A program made the position numbers and the translations under genes. A stretch of 64,000 nt of DNA from assembly GCA_028534125.1 (NCBI GenBank), contig CM052817.1, positions 12,898,001 through 12,962,000 of the forward strand, written 5' to 3'. Shown here piece by piece: positions 13,901 to 27,689 of this stretch; the stretch's first letter is position 1, and each line of letters starts with the position of its first letter. The DNA is from Lama glama. Its lineage: Eukaryota. The notes under the pieces are model-generated. The model ran no database searches, was not told the origin of the DNA, and saw nothing but the letters and a program-made list of their open reading frames with translations.

Positions 13901-14765
13901 ATTTAGTTTAGTGGTCATGGCCTTAGGGGAACTTTCTAACCATCCAGCTCCACCCACAGGTGGGCTCTGACAAGCTCCTGTGTCACCCTGAGCAGAGCTC
14001 TATTGTCGCATTTACATGATACAGTGGATACAGCGTGACTGTTGACATGTCAGTGTCACTCACCACAATGTAACTTCTTTTAAGACCAATACCACATGGT
14101 CTTCATTGTTACATGCATAGAGCGCACTGCAATGATGCTACTGTGAACAAGAAAGGAAAGGGGAATGAAGGAAGCAGCCAGGAAGAGAGGGAGGAAGAAA
14201 GGTAGGAAGGGAGGGGGTAAAGAGGGAGGGAAGAAAACTGCTGAAACTGTTCAAAAATAAAGAATAGCCTGACACCCTAAAAGGTGAGAGGAAATACGGG
14301 ATGTGCATGGAAAGAGCTTACCCTGAAGTGAGAGCCGAGTGCATGTGTCCAGTCATGGAGGCTGATTTAATGGAGACGGAGAAGGCTGCCTTTGAGGCCT
14401 CATACACCCTAGAACAGCCTCTGGGAGGAAAAGATGAGTAGCTCAGTTTGAGTTACTGCAGGGAGCGGTCAGTGCTTAAATCCTCAAACGAGGGCCTGCT
14501 CAGAAGACCTGAGCACTGGGGACTAACTTGCCCAAGAAGGACACAGTTTAGCATGAGAAATTCTATAGACAAAATCAAAGGCAGCAGTAATCAAGGCAGG
14601 GCTCCTGTGGCTGAAAAATGAACAGCAAGGTTTGTATCCAAAGAGAAGAATTTTGTTTTCAAAATGACAGACAACCTTCAACAAAAAGCTTTCTTTAAAT
14701 AAGTGGAACAATGTAAAATTGCCTGCATTTGACCATTTTTTAATCTATAAAAATAATAATTTCAA

Positions 14766-14829
14766 GTAGGCTGGAAAGAGAAAGAAAAATGCCATATGAC
14801 CTCATTTGTATGAGGAATCTAAATAATAA

Positions 14830-14860
<31 letters not shown>

Positions 14861-15179
14861 AATAAAGACACAAATGAACTAATTATTTATAACTAAGATG
14901 ATTGATTTCTTGATTATGTGTAAGCACACTTGACTGTCCTTTATGATTGGATTACCGAATTCTGTTGATTTTTATTTTGTGATGGGCTTTATTCCTTTGA
15001 TAACTATGTAAGTTTAAAAAGCTAAAGCTCTAATCTGTTCTTAGAAACAATAATTAGTACATATATGTAAACTAACAAAAAAGTGCAGTATACTATTTAT
15101 ATGTATTTACATGCAATGTAATGTGTATGTGCAGTCAAACTATAATAATTTCAACTAATAAAACTGAAAAAGAAAAAAA
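14766..15179 (+). mobile_element. Short L1-related 3' insertion with internal (AAT)n and A-rich tail
   Basis: aaagagaaagaaaaatgccatatgacctcatttgtatgaggaatct...gacacaaatgaact is L1 ORF2-end/3' UTR; ends AATAAAactgaaaaagaaaaaaa. Confidence 0.65.
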
Positions 15180-15587
15180 CAATTAATTTTGTATAGTCTA
15201 GCTAATCTAATACTATAAAGAACTAAACTAAATAATCCAGAACTCCCTGTACATCTGGGCTATCTCTAACTTCTCTACTTTTTTAATATATTACATACCC
15301 CCTGGTAAAGAAGTTTCTGTACCTTCACCAGCTGATAGTGTATGTTGTTCTGAAAAGAGAGAAAAGAAGTCCATTCATTTGCTCTTCATTCATTTATTGA
15401 ACATCTACTGCTTGATCTCCAAAGGTGCCAGGCATTGTTTTAGGGCTGCAGGAGTAGATAAAGCAGCAGCTTATATGGAAGCAGACCTTTAACAAATAAA
15501 GAAAAAAATAATAACAAATGTTAACATATTTCTATATTACAAGTGTTAGGAATAAATGGGTAAGACGCAATGAGAGAGAATAGGGAG

Positions 15588-15967
15588 TGTTATGGGTTGA
15601 ATTGTGTCCTCCTCAAATTCATATGTTGAAGTGCTAGCCCCGAGAATATGTGACTGGATTTGGAGATAGGACGTATAAGCAGGGGATTAAGTTAAAATGG
15701 GATCCTTAGGGTGGGTCTTAATCCGATTTGACTGGTGTCCTTATAAGGGGAAGAGATGAGGACACAGACACAGAAAGGAAAGACCCTGTGAAGACACAGG
15801 GAGAAGGCAGACGTCTACACGCCAAGGAGAGGGCGCTCAGAAGAAACCAACCCTGCCAGCGCCCTGGTCTCAGGCTTCCAGCCTCCAGAACTGTGACAAT
15901 ACATTCCTGCTGTTTAAGCCACCTCATTTGTGGTGCTTTTTTATGCCAGCACAAACAGACTAAAACA
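15588..15967 (+). mobile_element. MaLR solo LTR (MLT1A/B type), full length
   Basis: Starts tgttatgggttgaattgtgtcc, contains cttccagcctccagaactgtga, ends cagactaaaaca; flanks gggag/gggcc are a partly decayed 5-bp TSD. Confidence 0.92.
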
Positions 15968-16254
15968 GGGCCAGGGAGGTGGGTGGAGGTGAGGGCGGGA
16001 CTAGATTCAGCTGTCTCCGAAGGAAAACTTGGTGGGAATTAGGGGGGGCTTGGTCAAAGGGGAAAGCAGCACAGACAGTATTACCATGTACATACCATGG
16101 AGTCAGAAACCTGAAAACCTCTGTCCCCTCTGAGTGGTAGCTGATTCTCTACCTCGGCCACCAGCAGAGAGGCTGCTATGTGGATGTGGCTTTCGTTCAT
16201 AGTTTCACGTTATACATACTCTTCGTGGTCAGATTTTTAAGATTTCTCACATCA

Positions 16255-16500
16255 TTTACTACTAATACTGATAATGCCTAATATTTATTGAGTGGTTATT
16301 CAACACTTCTGTGGTATCAACATGTTCAGTGCTCAAAACAATTCTGTAAGATATTCTTTCATTAATCTTATTTTATAGGTGTGTTACAGACGTGAGGCAC
16401 AGTGAGGTCAATGCATTTCTCAGGTGTGCAGAGCGAATATAAGAGAAGGAAGATGAATTTGATGAGTCATTCTTGCTTTAGAACCCATGTTTACACACAG
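16255..16500 (-). mobile_element. MIR SINE
   Basis: taatatttattgag...attttatagg...tgaggcacagtgaggt core. Confidence 0.7.
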
Positions 16501-17042
16501 TTGTAACAGTGCTGGAATATTGTATGAATAAGCTCTTTAACCATTATCTATTTTTTTTTTGGTTTTTATCTTACCTGAATATTCATCCTGCCCTGAAATT
16601 AAATTATTACAAACATACAAATTATACTTCAGACCCAGATAACATTTTTTAGTTACGAATAAGCTCTGGACTCCAGACTCTTTAAGTGAATAATAAATGT
16701 TACCATGTTTTAAACTACGATCATCAGGGGTTTTGTAACTTGCAACCAATATTTCTCTAACAGATTCCTCATATGAGAAAAACAAAAGAAAAATCCTCTG
16801 AGACAACATATAAGAAAAATAGAAGAAAATATTACCCAGACTTACACCAAACACCCAAACTGCTAATATTTGGTGTTTATCTATTAGATTATTTTTCTAC
16901 ATATAAATTTTCTTTATAAAAATTGGGTCATTTTGTAACCTACATGTTATCTGAACATTATGTTACTGATATTTTGCTATTATGTCTATTTTATGTGCAT
17001 GAAAAATTTATGAAATAAATGGCATTAATGATTCTTATAATG

Positions 17043-17255
17043 CAGGGGTCAGAAAACTTTTTTCTGTAAAGGGTCAGAAAGTAAATATTTTAGGCTTCAT
17101 GGGCCCCAGTGTATCTGTTGAAATTGCTCAACTCTTCTACTAAACGTGTAACTTTAGATAACATATAAACAAATGGGGATAACTGTGTTCTAATAAAACT
17201 TTATTTATAAAAACAAATGGTGGGCCAAATTTGACCAATTAGCCAGTTTGTGAAT
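17043..17255 (+). mobile_element. hAT-Charlie MITE, MER58A-like
   Basis: caggggtcagaaaacttttttctgtaaagggtcagaaagtaaatattttaggc...aataaaactttatttataaaaaca matches MER58A. Confidence 0.88.
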
Positions 17256-19459
17256 TATTATTTTGAAGCATTGTTTTGATTAGCTATCTAGAATCCCACA
17301 AGTGTACATAGCATGATTTATTAAGCCCTGCTTCCATGTAGGGAATATATTTCCTACATGTTTCCTATGATCTATAAAACCAGAAAAGCAGATATGTTAT
17401 AAATACCAATTGAATGAATAAACAAATGCTGATAGATTTTAGGATCAGGATTAAAATTTTGATGTGTAAGAAAGACACTAATTTGAGAGAAAAAGGAAAT
17501 ATACGGTACAAAACAAAGAAGAGGAATTTGGACAACTTTTTATTGAATGGGATAGACTTGAGAAAGCAGATGAATTAGGAAAAACAAAAGAATGCTGAAA
17601 TTATCAATGGCCAGATGGCAGAATCCAAAAACCAGTCTCCTTGGAAGAGAAGATTTATAGTGTTGCAGTAGAACAAAACCTAGATTAGAATTTAGTGATT
17701 CAGTGCTTAAATCAAGAGAACTTCAGGTCACATTAATTTGAGGTTTGATTTGAAAAAAAGCCCCTTCACTGGAGGGAAGATGTCTGTTTCTTTGCAAAAT
17801 AAGAGTGGTAAGTGGATAATATCCAAGTTTCCATCTAAGTCTACATTGTAAACTCTGTGTTAATTTTTGTAGCAATCTCTGGTCTTAGGTGTTCTTTATC
17901 CTGGAAGCAGCAGTCTGGTTTTCAATAGGTTAAGTTAAACATGGGCATTTCTTCAGAGGGAGTATTAAATCATAGGACAAATAAAAGGGGCCCTGGATCT
18001 ATAACATTCCACATAATAAAGCAAAGGCACAGATCAGCAAAGCATGCCTGTTTGCGAGCATTAATCAGTGCATATTATTAAAAATTTCCCCCAAATTCAC
18101 AAAATCTATCAAATAAAGCCGTGAAGAAAAAAAAACATTCTTGACCATATGGCAAAACCTAATCAAATACCCCTTTGGAAACATGGTCCATCTGCCCCTT
18201 AAAGAATATTACAGCAGTTGTCTTCCAGGTTGCCTGTTCTCCTCCTCAGTAGTTGAAAGAGGAGATCAGATGATACTTCATTTGAACAAAATCTTTATTG
18301 AATCATCAAGTGCAGGCTCTGTGACTTGTGAACCAGGAAGCAGCTCCTCCCTGCTCACCAGTGAATGCAGGAGAAAGGGCTTGGAACATTGGTGATAAAT
18401 GAGAACCATTCAACTGCTCAGCAGTTTGAAGCTGCTGTTTGGTGAGATCTACACAATAATTTAACAGATGCCAGGAAGCACTTAGAAATGTAATTTAAAA
18501 AAAAAACCTATTTATCATTGGCAAAGCTTAGGGTCAAAGCATTCACCTGTGACTCGGCTGATCTTTGTGGCTACTGGTTTTCAGCTGTGTCCTTATCAGG
18601 AAGAACATAGAGATTCATTATTTTAGGGCTATTTAAGGCAGAGACCTTGAACATTTTTGCAATGAAAGATTACTTTTCATTTTCCTAGAACTTTGGTATC
18701 ATAGGCAGTTTGGGGGCAAATATCTGAATATTAGGCTTGACTTCTGAGTAAAGTAGAGGAAGAGACACTGCTAATGTTGGCCATTCAAAAAGCCAGAAAC
18801 AGAAGAACTTGACAGAAAGGTGGGAATGGTAACCAACCTGAGTAAGGGAAGTGTAGTACATGTTTTCATATTTAAGGTGACCTGCATTTTTATTCTAGTA
18901 TTTACAGTACTCAGTAATTATACCACTACTGTTACTATTGAAATTACTACTGCTACCACCATCACTACTTATCAATTATGGACAATTTACAGTGTGCTAT
19001 TCTTTAGTAAGTTTATCCCCAGAATACATTTCCAATCCCTGCCATTTGCAGAACACTGTATTAAGTCCTCAACACATCATAATACGGTTTTGCTTTTTTA
19101 GTCCTGAGCATTTTCAGTAAGTAAGCTGCTTTATATGTCAACGTTTCAGGTCTGGAAGTTATAACCACGGGTGGTTATTCAATATTTCCATTTAACAAGT
19201 ACGTATTTTCATAGATGATAGAGGATAGAATGTACAGTGAAACATCTGCATGTGCTAATAATGCAGGGCAAAGAAGGTACCAAGTGATTAGGACAACCTG
19301 GAAGAGGCTTGCAAGGTTACATGAGAAGAACAATAGTATCATCTTCCTTCCACTGCATCTTGAGCAGAACCACAAGAATAATCCGTAGCAAGGCACCATT
19401 TTATTAATTCAATGTGTGTTGAGCACCTGTTGTGCTAATGATAATATTATGGGCTTTTA

Positions 19460-21660
19460 AAGTTATTTTTTAATTCTGATACAATGATAGAAAATGTATC
19501 ACACGCTTTTGTAAGAAGTGATACAGAGAGATCCTGGATATCCTTTACCCACTTTCTCTGATGGTGACATCTTGCAAAACTATAGTCCAATATCACAACC
19601 AGGATGCTGGCACTAAGACAGTCAAGCTATAGAACATTTCTGCCACCACAATGATCACTCATATTGTCTTTTGGGAACTACAATCTTTTTCTTTTATTTT
19701 ATATCACCAAATACTCCTTAACTCACGATGACCACTAATCTGTTCTAAATATCTATGATTTTGTTATTCCAAGAGTGCTATGCAAATGGATTATATACTG
19801 ATCTTTTTGCTATTGATTTTCTAAGCATAATTCTCCAGAGATTCATCCAGGCTATTTTGTGTAATGGGCCATTCCTTTTGATTGCTGAGTAGCAATGTCA
19901 TGGTATGGATGCCCCATCATTCACCCATTCATCCATTGGTTGTTTCCAGTTTTGAGCTATTAGAAATAAAACTGCCATAAACATTCACACACAGGTTTTT
20001 GCAGGAATATAAGTTTCCATTTCTCTGGAATAAATGCCCAGGAGGGCAATTGCTGGGTAGTGTGGTAATTGCAGATTTAGATTTTTAAGATGCCAAATTG
20101 TGCTCAGAATGGCTGCGTCATTTTACATTCCCATCCACAATGTATAAGTGGTCCACTTTTCCTACATATTCTCCAGCATTTGGTATTGTCACTATTTAAA
20201 AAATTTTTTTAAATTTATTCATTCTGATATGCGTGTACTGATTTCTTACTGGAATTTTAATTTGCATTTTCTTAATGGTGAGTGATGATTAATATCTTTT
20301 CATAAACTTATTTGCCATCTGTATATCCTCTTCAGTGTAATGTTTCTTCATGCCTTTCCTCATTTGCTAATTGCATTGATTGTTTGATTTTTTACTGTTG
20401 AGTTTTGAGAGTTCTTATATATTCTAGATACTAGGTTTTTGTTCTATATGCAATAATTTCTCCAAATCTGTACCTTGTCTTTTCATCCACTTAACAGGCT
20501 CTTTCACAGTACAAAAGTTTTAATTTTGAAAAAAATCCAATTCATCAATTCTTCCTTTTATGGTTGTTTCTGGTATTAAGTCTAAGAATTCTTGTCTAGA
20601 TTCAGATCCTAAAGATTTTTCTAACAGTTTTATAAAGTTACATTTTATATATGTCTGTCACTAATTTTGAGTTAATTCTGTATATAATGTGAGATTTTAT
20701 TTGAGGTTTGTTTTTTGCCTAAAAATATTCTAACATCATTCTTTTTAAAGGCCATGTTTCCTCTGTACAATTTATTTTGCACCTTTGGCAAATGTCTTTG
20801 GAATATATCTTTGCTGATCTGCATCTGGGTTCCCTCTTTTCTTCCACTGACCTGTGTGTCTAAACTTTTGCCAGTCCCACACAGCCTTGGTTACTGCAAC
20901 TTTATAAGTTTTGAAATGGGGTAGAGCAATTCCTCCTATGTTATTCTTTTTTATTTTTCCCAACTTGTTTAGCTTTTTCATTCCAGTCCCTTGCTTTTAA
21001 TATAAATTGTAAAATATTTTGCCTATGTCTACAAAAATCTTGCTGTGATTTTTATTAGAATTGCATTAGACCTGTATATCGCATTGGAGGAGATTAACAC
21101 CTTTACTGTGTGGATCTCCTCATCCGTAACGCTGTACAAGTTGCTCCATTTCTTACAGATCTTCTTTGGGTTTTTAACAGTGTTTTGTAGTTTTTATCAT
21201 ACAAGACTTGCAAATTATTTGTTATATTTACACCTAAATTTTTAATTTTTGAAATGATTGTAAATTGTATTACATTTTACATTTTCCCATGTGTTAATTG
21301 CTATATAGAGGGAAATATAATTGATTTTTGTATGTTTATCTTATATTCTGTGATCTTGCTAAACATGCTTATGAGTTCTATGAGTTTGTTTTTGTTTCTG
21401 TTTTTTGTTTTGATAGATTCTGTAAGAATTTTCATGGAGATGATGATGTTCCCTGCAAATAGAGACAGTTGTATATGTTTCATTCTGACTCTGTGTGCCT
21501 GGTAACTTCCTCTTCCAGCCTTATTGCATTTGCTAGAGCTTCCAGTACTGTGTTAAATACAAGGGTTGAGAGCAGACTCCTTGCTGGGCTTCTGATCTTA
21601 GACGGAAGCATTCAGCCTTTTACCACTGAGTATCATGTTAGCTACCAGGTTTTGTAGAGT
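19460..21660 (-). mobile_element. Old LINE-1 (L1MC-type): 3' UTR plus decayed ORF2
   Basis: Minus-strand translation KKNNIGGIALPHFKTYKVAVTKAVWDW (ORF 20772-20981) and KLIELISMFSKITEYKINIQKSI (ORF 21301-21483) are L1 ORF2 motifs; many stops and frameshifts. Confidence 0.92.
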
Positions 21661-22450
21661 AGACGGCTTCCTGCTCAGTGGTAGTGAAGGTCCTAGCTCT
21701 CCACTTGGCTTCCCTGATACCAGTCCACAAGGAGAAGGGCATGACGTCACTTCTGAATAAGTGAAAGTCCAGGCAGGCTTCCCACGTGGTCTCCACAAAC
21801 ATCATGGGGTCACTGTTGTTACTGCCAGTGAGGAGGGTGAATATCCCAGCTGTCCACTCTCTGCCACCACCCTGGCTTGGGAATTGAGATGCCCCATTAC
21901 AACCTGACAACATTGGAAATCTAGGTTCTCCACTCAGCTTTTGCTAAAAGAGTGGAGCGGGACCACAGTTTGTGTGTGTGTGTGTGTGAGAGAGAGAGTT
22001 TGGGCTGGAGTAGAGCAGTTATTTTCCAAAAAATGTCTGTCTTGTTGTGCTTCACCTTTCCACTGTCTTTGATTAAAGAAAGTGGGTTTTTCTTAGACCC
22101 ATTTTTTGATCTGTGCTTAGTGTTTCTGGGTTACTGGTTTCTTCAGCCCCCAATCTGAGCTATATGAAGCACAAAGAAAATCCCAGGAAACACCACAGTA
22201 TCAGTCCTTCAGTCCCAATATATCCCTATTGGTTTCTCTTCTTCTCTCCACCTTTCAGGGTCTCTCTCTTTCTCTCTCTTTCCCTCTCTATCTCTCTGCA
22301 TATATAGATATAGATATAGATATAGATATAGATATAGATATAGATATAGATATAGATATAGATATAGCCAAGAGCTTTTCTGTCTGTGCTTAGAAGGTGA
22401 AATAGAGCAAAGAGTGTCTTTTCTATTTTCCTGAAAGTGTAAGTCCTCCA
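21660..22450 (-). mobile_element. Probable old L1 5'-region fragment with embedded microsatellites
   Basis: gtgaaagtccagg...ccccattac...ctccactcagcttttgct style sequence contiguous with the L1 above; family uncertain. Confidence 0.45.
22303..22367. repeat. (TAGATA)n hexanucleotide microsatellite
   Basis: Direct read; produces the spurious LYLYLY ORF. Confidence 0.95.
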
Positions 22451-25225
22451 TAAACTGTGATTTTTATTTCTTACATTTATTCAACAAATATTTATTGGGA
22501 TACCTACTAAGTGCCAATGATACAAAGTGACTAAGACAGTTATAATTTCTACCCTCCAGATGACTACAGTCTAGTAAAGAAGACAGATGTTAAATAATAC
22601 TTCACAAAATTATTAGTTAATTACAATTCAACTAAACTGTACCAGACAAACTAGCAAATGAGCAAATATCAGGAACCTAACCTAAATACAGAAAACTTAG
22701 TTCTATACAATCTTTTATACATCATACATGTGTTAACTATATATAACATTATGATATATAAAAAAGAGTATAGTTTTTTCATACAATATGAAATATAGTG
22801 CTTCATCTTTTGAAATAAATTAGCATAAGGAAAATAAAATGGTCTTATATTTAGTGCCTAATAATCTTGATCATGCAGTGATAGTTGAGAAAAATGCTCA
22901 GGAATGTTGAATCACAAATCTGGAAAAGTTGAGGATATTTCTCAGTGGTACATTCTTATGCTTTCAAGGTTACTGTAATGAATGACAACTCTCTTCTCAC
23001 CCAGATGCTCTTGTACCAACACAAATGAGACAGAATTCCAGGCTGAGTGAACTTTGATTAGACTCCAGTATGGTGATTCTTACGGTATCTGTGCCTGTGA
23101 AACTCTTCAGTGACACAGGACTACTTCATTATGGAAAGTTCAGCTACTTTGTCTTTGGATTGGACTGACTTCATTGTCTACCACCCTCTAAAGAACATGC
23201 TGACATTTTTAATTTGATGGACTGCTGAGAAACCACAGCAGGATATAGAGCAACCCATCAAAAGTGAATTGAGGATTTCATTGATGTGGAGAGCTAATTA
23301 TGTGACTATGGGGAGTGGGACACTGATTGAAATCCATATGACTTTTTAGAGCTCAGGAGGCTGGCTCCTGAGAGGAATAGTAAATGAGGGCGACTTGCTC
23401 TCTGCCCTCAGAGTTGCTGCCCAGTCCTCCTCTGTAAGAAGTCAACTCCAGGGACCCTGCTCCCTCCCCCAAAATGAAGAGTTCAGAGAATGGCAGGAAC
23501 GTTCTTCCCAGATCTTGAAGTAGTTTTTGTTTTGTCTTAAGAAGATGCCCAGAGCCTGCCTTCAGATCCTTTACTAAATGTATTAACTCTGTCTCTACAC
23601 TTTCTCTAAGCTTATCTTGAGCTCGGATAGCTTTGAAATAACACCAACCACTTGTATACGTATATATGTGTGTATGTGTGTATGTGTGTATGTGAATGGA
23701 CATGGATATGTAATAGATAAGTATGTGTGTGTTTGTTTACATTTTGTACATACAGTTTGTTTAAATTCCCTAAGAACAAATCAGTCCCATGAGGTTATGG
23801 TAAAGGTTACTAAACATAGAAGACCTGGGCTTGAATTCCATTTCTGTGACTTTGAGCAGCTGATACATTGTATTGTAAAGATTTCATAAGTACCTATTAC
23901 TAAGATAGCACCTACTACTGTGCTTTTCAAAGAGGTACTCAGTAAATGTTGGTATCTACCATTTTCTTACCTCATATCCATCATTTGTTTAACCTACCTC
24001 ATCTTTACTGAGCCTGAGAAGTTCCATGTATGTGCACAATCTGTTTCCATTTACCTAATAAGGCTCTCTTTGGCCTTCATACCATGTCCAAATATTTGGT
24101 TTCAATTCATACTTCCTGAAGTAGGAAATCCCTGGCTCTCCACTCTCAAATATATGCTTTTAGGATGATTGATCCTTACCTCAGTTCTCACGGCTCACAT
24201 TCCTGACTGAACCAGCCCTATTGTGTCTCCAAATCAAATTCTGCCACTTTTTCAGAGTTTATCAAGGTAGTTTCAGGAAAGGGAAGAAACATTTCGCTTG
24301 GGCATTAATTTAAGTGACATATAAGACATTGAGTTATATATTGTATGGGCATTACCTCATTTAATTCTCACAACCCTCTTATCTCGGTATTACTATGCCC
24401 ACTTTTTTACAAGTAAATAGATGCTCAAAGAAATCATTCATATAAAGTCACATATCTAGAAAATAACTGAATCAGAACTCAAATTTTGGTTTACTTGACT
24501 TCAAAGGGCTTTGAGCTCTTAACCCGCCTATCATAGTGTTTCTTAAAATCAAATGATGACTTAGTACCTCTTAAAGGAGAAAACTGGTAGACTCACATTG
24601 GTGATTTAAATGATGATTTTGATAATGTTACTTCTTAAACAGAAAACTCATTTTTATAACTTTTGTGCAACCCACAAACCAAAAGATATCCCCAATGGAT
24701 GTGAAAGAGCCTTCTGAAACTCACCATGTGAAAATTGGTCTCCTAATATTTAGTTCTATTCCCAAACCTACTTGTTCTAGATTCTTTTTTATTTCACTTA
24801 ACGACAACTGCATTCATCTCATATTACAAGTAAAACATATTGATGCCATCTAACTCGTCTTTTTCTTGTTCTGTACATCTAGCCCATCAGCACATCCTGT
24901 TAGTTTTATTATTTTCAAAATATTTTCAGAAAGTAAGCTTTTCCAACAACCCCCACTTCTCCCATCCTGGTTCAGGTCACTGTATCTCCCACCTGAAGTA
25001 GGCTCCCTACGGGGCTCTTCACAGTTGTCCTTGATGTCTTTAAGTTCATTCTCAACACAGCAGTCCAAGGAATTCTTGCTAAACCAAATTAGATCACAAC
25101 ACTTCTCTGCTCCAATGTGTCCAACGGTTTCCACTGGACTCTGGATAAAAGCCAGAATCCTTCCTGTGACTTACAAGACCCTATACAGTGTTTTTACCTC
25201 AAATGTTATTTCATTTTATTCTGCC

Positions 25226-25422
25226 CTTTCTTTCTTTCTTTCTTTCTTTCTTTATTTATTTATTTATTTTTGAGATACAGTCAGTTGACAATGTTGTGTT
25301 AATTTCTGATGTACAGCATAGTGATTCAGGAATACTCTTCATACTCTTTTCCATTATAGGTTATTACAAGATATTGAATAGAGTTCTCTGTGCTGTACAG
25401 TACAACCTTGTTGTTAATCTAT
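25226..25422 (-). mobile_element. L1 3' terminal segment with (TTTC)/(TTTA) tail
   Basis: cagttgacaatgttgtgttaatttctgatgtacagcatagtgattcag...ttattacaagatattgaatagagttctctgtgctgtacag is the antisense cetartiodactyl-type L1 end. Confidence 0.9.
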
Positions 25423-25893
25423 TTTCACTGAACAAGAACAAATCATCCTAAAATGTATGTGGGAATCACAAAAGACCCAGAATTGCCAAAGCAATACTGA
25501 AGAAAAAGAACAAACCTGGAGGAATAACCCTCCCAGACCTCAGACAATACTACAAAGCTACAGTAATCAAAACATCATGGTATTGATACAAAAACAGACA
25601 TATGGATCAATGGAACAGAATAGAGAGCCCAGAAATAAACCCACACATCTATGGTCAAGTTATCTTCAACATAGGAGGCAAGAATATACAATGGAGAAAA
25701 GACAGTCTCTTTGACAAATGGTGTTGGGAAAGCTAGACAAGCATATGTAAATCAATGAAATTAGAACATTCCTTCATGCAATACACAAAAATAAAATAAA
25801 AATGGCTTAAACATAAGACACCAAAACCCTCCTCAAAGAAATAACAAAACATTCTCTGATACAAATCATAGCAATGTTCTCCTACGGCAGTCC
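25423..25893 (+). mobile_element. L1 ORF2 fragment (inverted 5' segment of the same insertion)
   Basis: Translates to [37 protein letters not shown], a clear L1 ORF2 segment; disabled by stops and frameshifts. Confidence 0.93.
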
Positions 25894-27159
25894 CGTATTT
25901 AGATCTCTTGGGCCACGTGGACCTGATCATTCTCAACAAATACACAGGCACGCTCTTGCCTTAGGGCATTAGTATTTTCTAGTCCCCTTTGCCAGAAGTG
26001 CCCTTTCCTGGTTAGCTACATGGAAGTCCCTCAGGTCTTTGATGGAATTTTACCAACTCAGGAAGACCTTCCTTGACATTATTTAAAATTGTAAGTATCC
26101 TCAACTCCCCTCTTTCCCTTTCCCATTTCCTCCTTATCTCTAATCTATCTCACACACTGTATATTTTACATATTCATATTGGTGACTGTCTCCTCTTTCA
26201 TTAAAGTAAAAAACCACAAGGAGAAGGATTTTTATCAGTTCACTACTATATTTCTAATAACTAAGTGATTGATTTGTGCATAGACAATAAATAATTGCTG
26301 AATTAAAGAATAAATTTAAAATTAATAAACTGCAAAATCAATAAAAGTTAAAAATGACATTATTTAATTTTATATTATGTTATAGATTTAGTGTCTAATT
26401 TATAGTTTATTTAAACTGTATATATAAAGTTAAATGTTATAGATTAGTTTTATGATACTTATGTTGATTTGTTGAAACGAATTTGCTGATATTGCATTCA
26501 ATAATAGAAACATATTAGCATATTTTTGTGTTTCATGTGTTTTCTAATTGATTCTTTTGAATTTGTGTGCAGAGTCATTGTTTGAGTCACCATGATAATC
26601 ACTCGTTTTAATTTCCTTATTAACAATGAAATTGTTTTTTATTTTGACGGGTCAGTCTAATAGTACATTTCAAGCTACAATATGAAAAAAGAAAACATAT
26701 TCTTTGCATATTTGTTACTATGCTTATTGCCAGTGAAGTTTGGATAATTGGTATATAAAAGATGAAAAATGTCCCCCAAGCATCATTTTTACCATTAATG
26801 AATATGGCGCAGAGAGCATGAGTTATTTGGTGACCCCCACGCTCTATGATGTGCAAAGATTCACTTTCACCCATGACTCTTTTCTTCTGGACTCTCATGA
26901 AACCTATCTTACCACTCCAAGAGAAGTGTTCTGTCCTTTATTTCTTGTGAAGGTGATTGCAGACATAAATGCAAAGATGGGCAATAAAAATGCATGTCAA
27001 TCCTCAGTTACAGTGATGTTATACAGGTGACTCAGAATATGCTTATACTATTTTTTAAGATTCTTATACAAAGGAAAATACAAAATTTATAAATTCTTAT
27101 GGAATATGTCTGAAGACCCCCAGGATCCACAAATCTTAGTTTAAGAATCATTCCTTATA

Positions 27160-27321
27160 AACAACATGGTCCTACTGTACAGCAGAGGGAACTATATTCA
27201 GTATCTTGTAATAACCTATAATGAAAAAGAATATATATTATAGCAATCACTATGCTGTACACCAGAAGCTAATACAATATTGTAAATCAACTATATTTCA
27301 ATAAAAAATTAAAGAATAAAA
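27160..27321 (+). mobile_element. 5'-truncated L1 3' end with 17-bp TSD
   Basis: gggaactatattcagtatcttgtaataacc...tgctgtacaccagaa...tcaataaaaaa; flanked by aagaatcattccttata (27143-27159) and aagaaacatcccttata (27322-27338), 2 mismatches. Confidence 0.92.
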
Positions 27322-27689
27322 AAGAAACATCCCTTATACCACAAAGATTTTGCAAGACAAAGTATGATAAATGACACATGGAAATATGACAGTAGATTCA
27401 ATTGGAAGAGAGATATTCAATTCACGAAAAAAAAAGGCAGGCTTTTTAAAGAAGTGACACTTGGGCTAAGGCCAATTTAGCAAGGTGGAAACTGCAGAGG
27501 AAGTTAATTCAGGTAAAGAAAATTGCATGGGCAAAGGATTAGAAGCCAGAAAGTCCTAAATTTCTCAATTAACTAAAAACCTTTGACTTGAGGGAAAGGA
27601 AAGTACAAGAATGAGGTTAATGTAGATTAGCATAAAAGGATAATCCGGACATTAGCTACGTTAGGAAATATTGATAGCTAATAGACCTC

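Larger units (their letters stand above)
24690..26310 (+). mobile_element. LINE-2 3' portion, interrupted by a younger L1 at ~25226-25893
   Basis: L2-like sequence on both sides (cattctcaacacagcagtc...; cacaggcacgctcttgccttagggc...; aataaataattgctgaat tail). Confidence 0.75.

Noticed and set aside
26740..27030. 96-aa ORF (DNWYIKDEKCPPSIIF...) that looks protein-like
   Set aside because: Non-ATG start, weak acceptor, no family recognised; a BLASTX hit would be needed.
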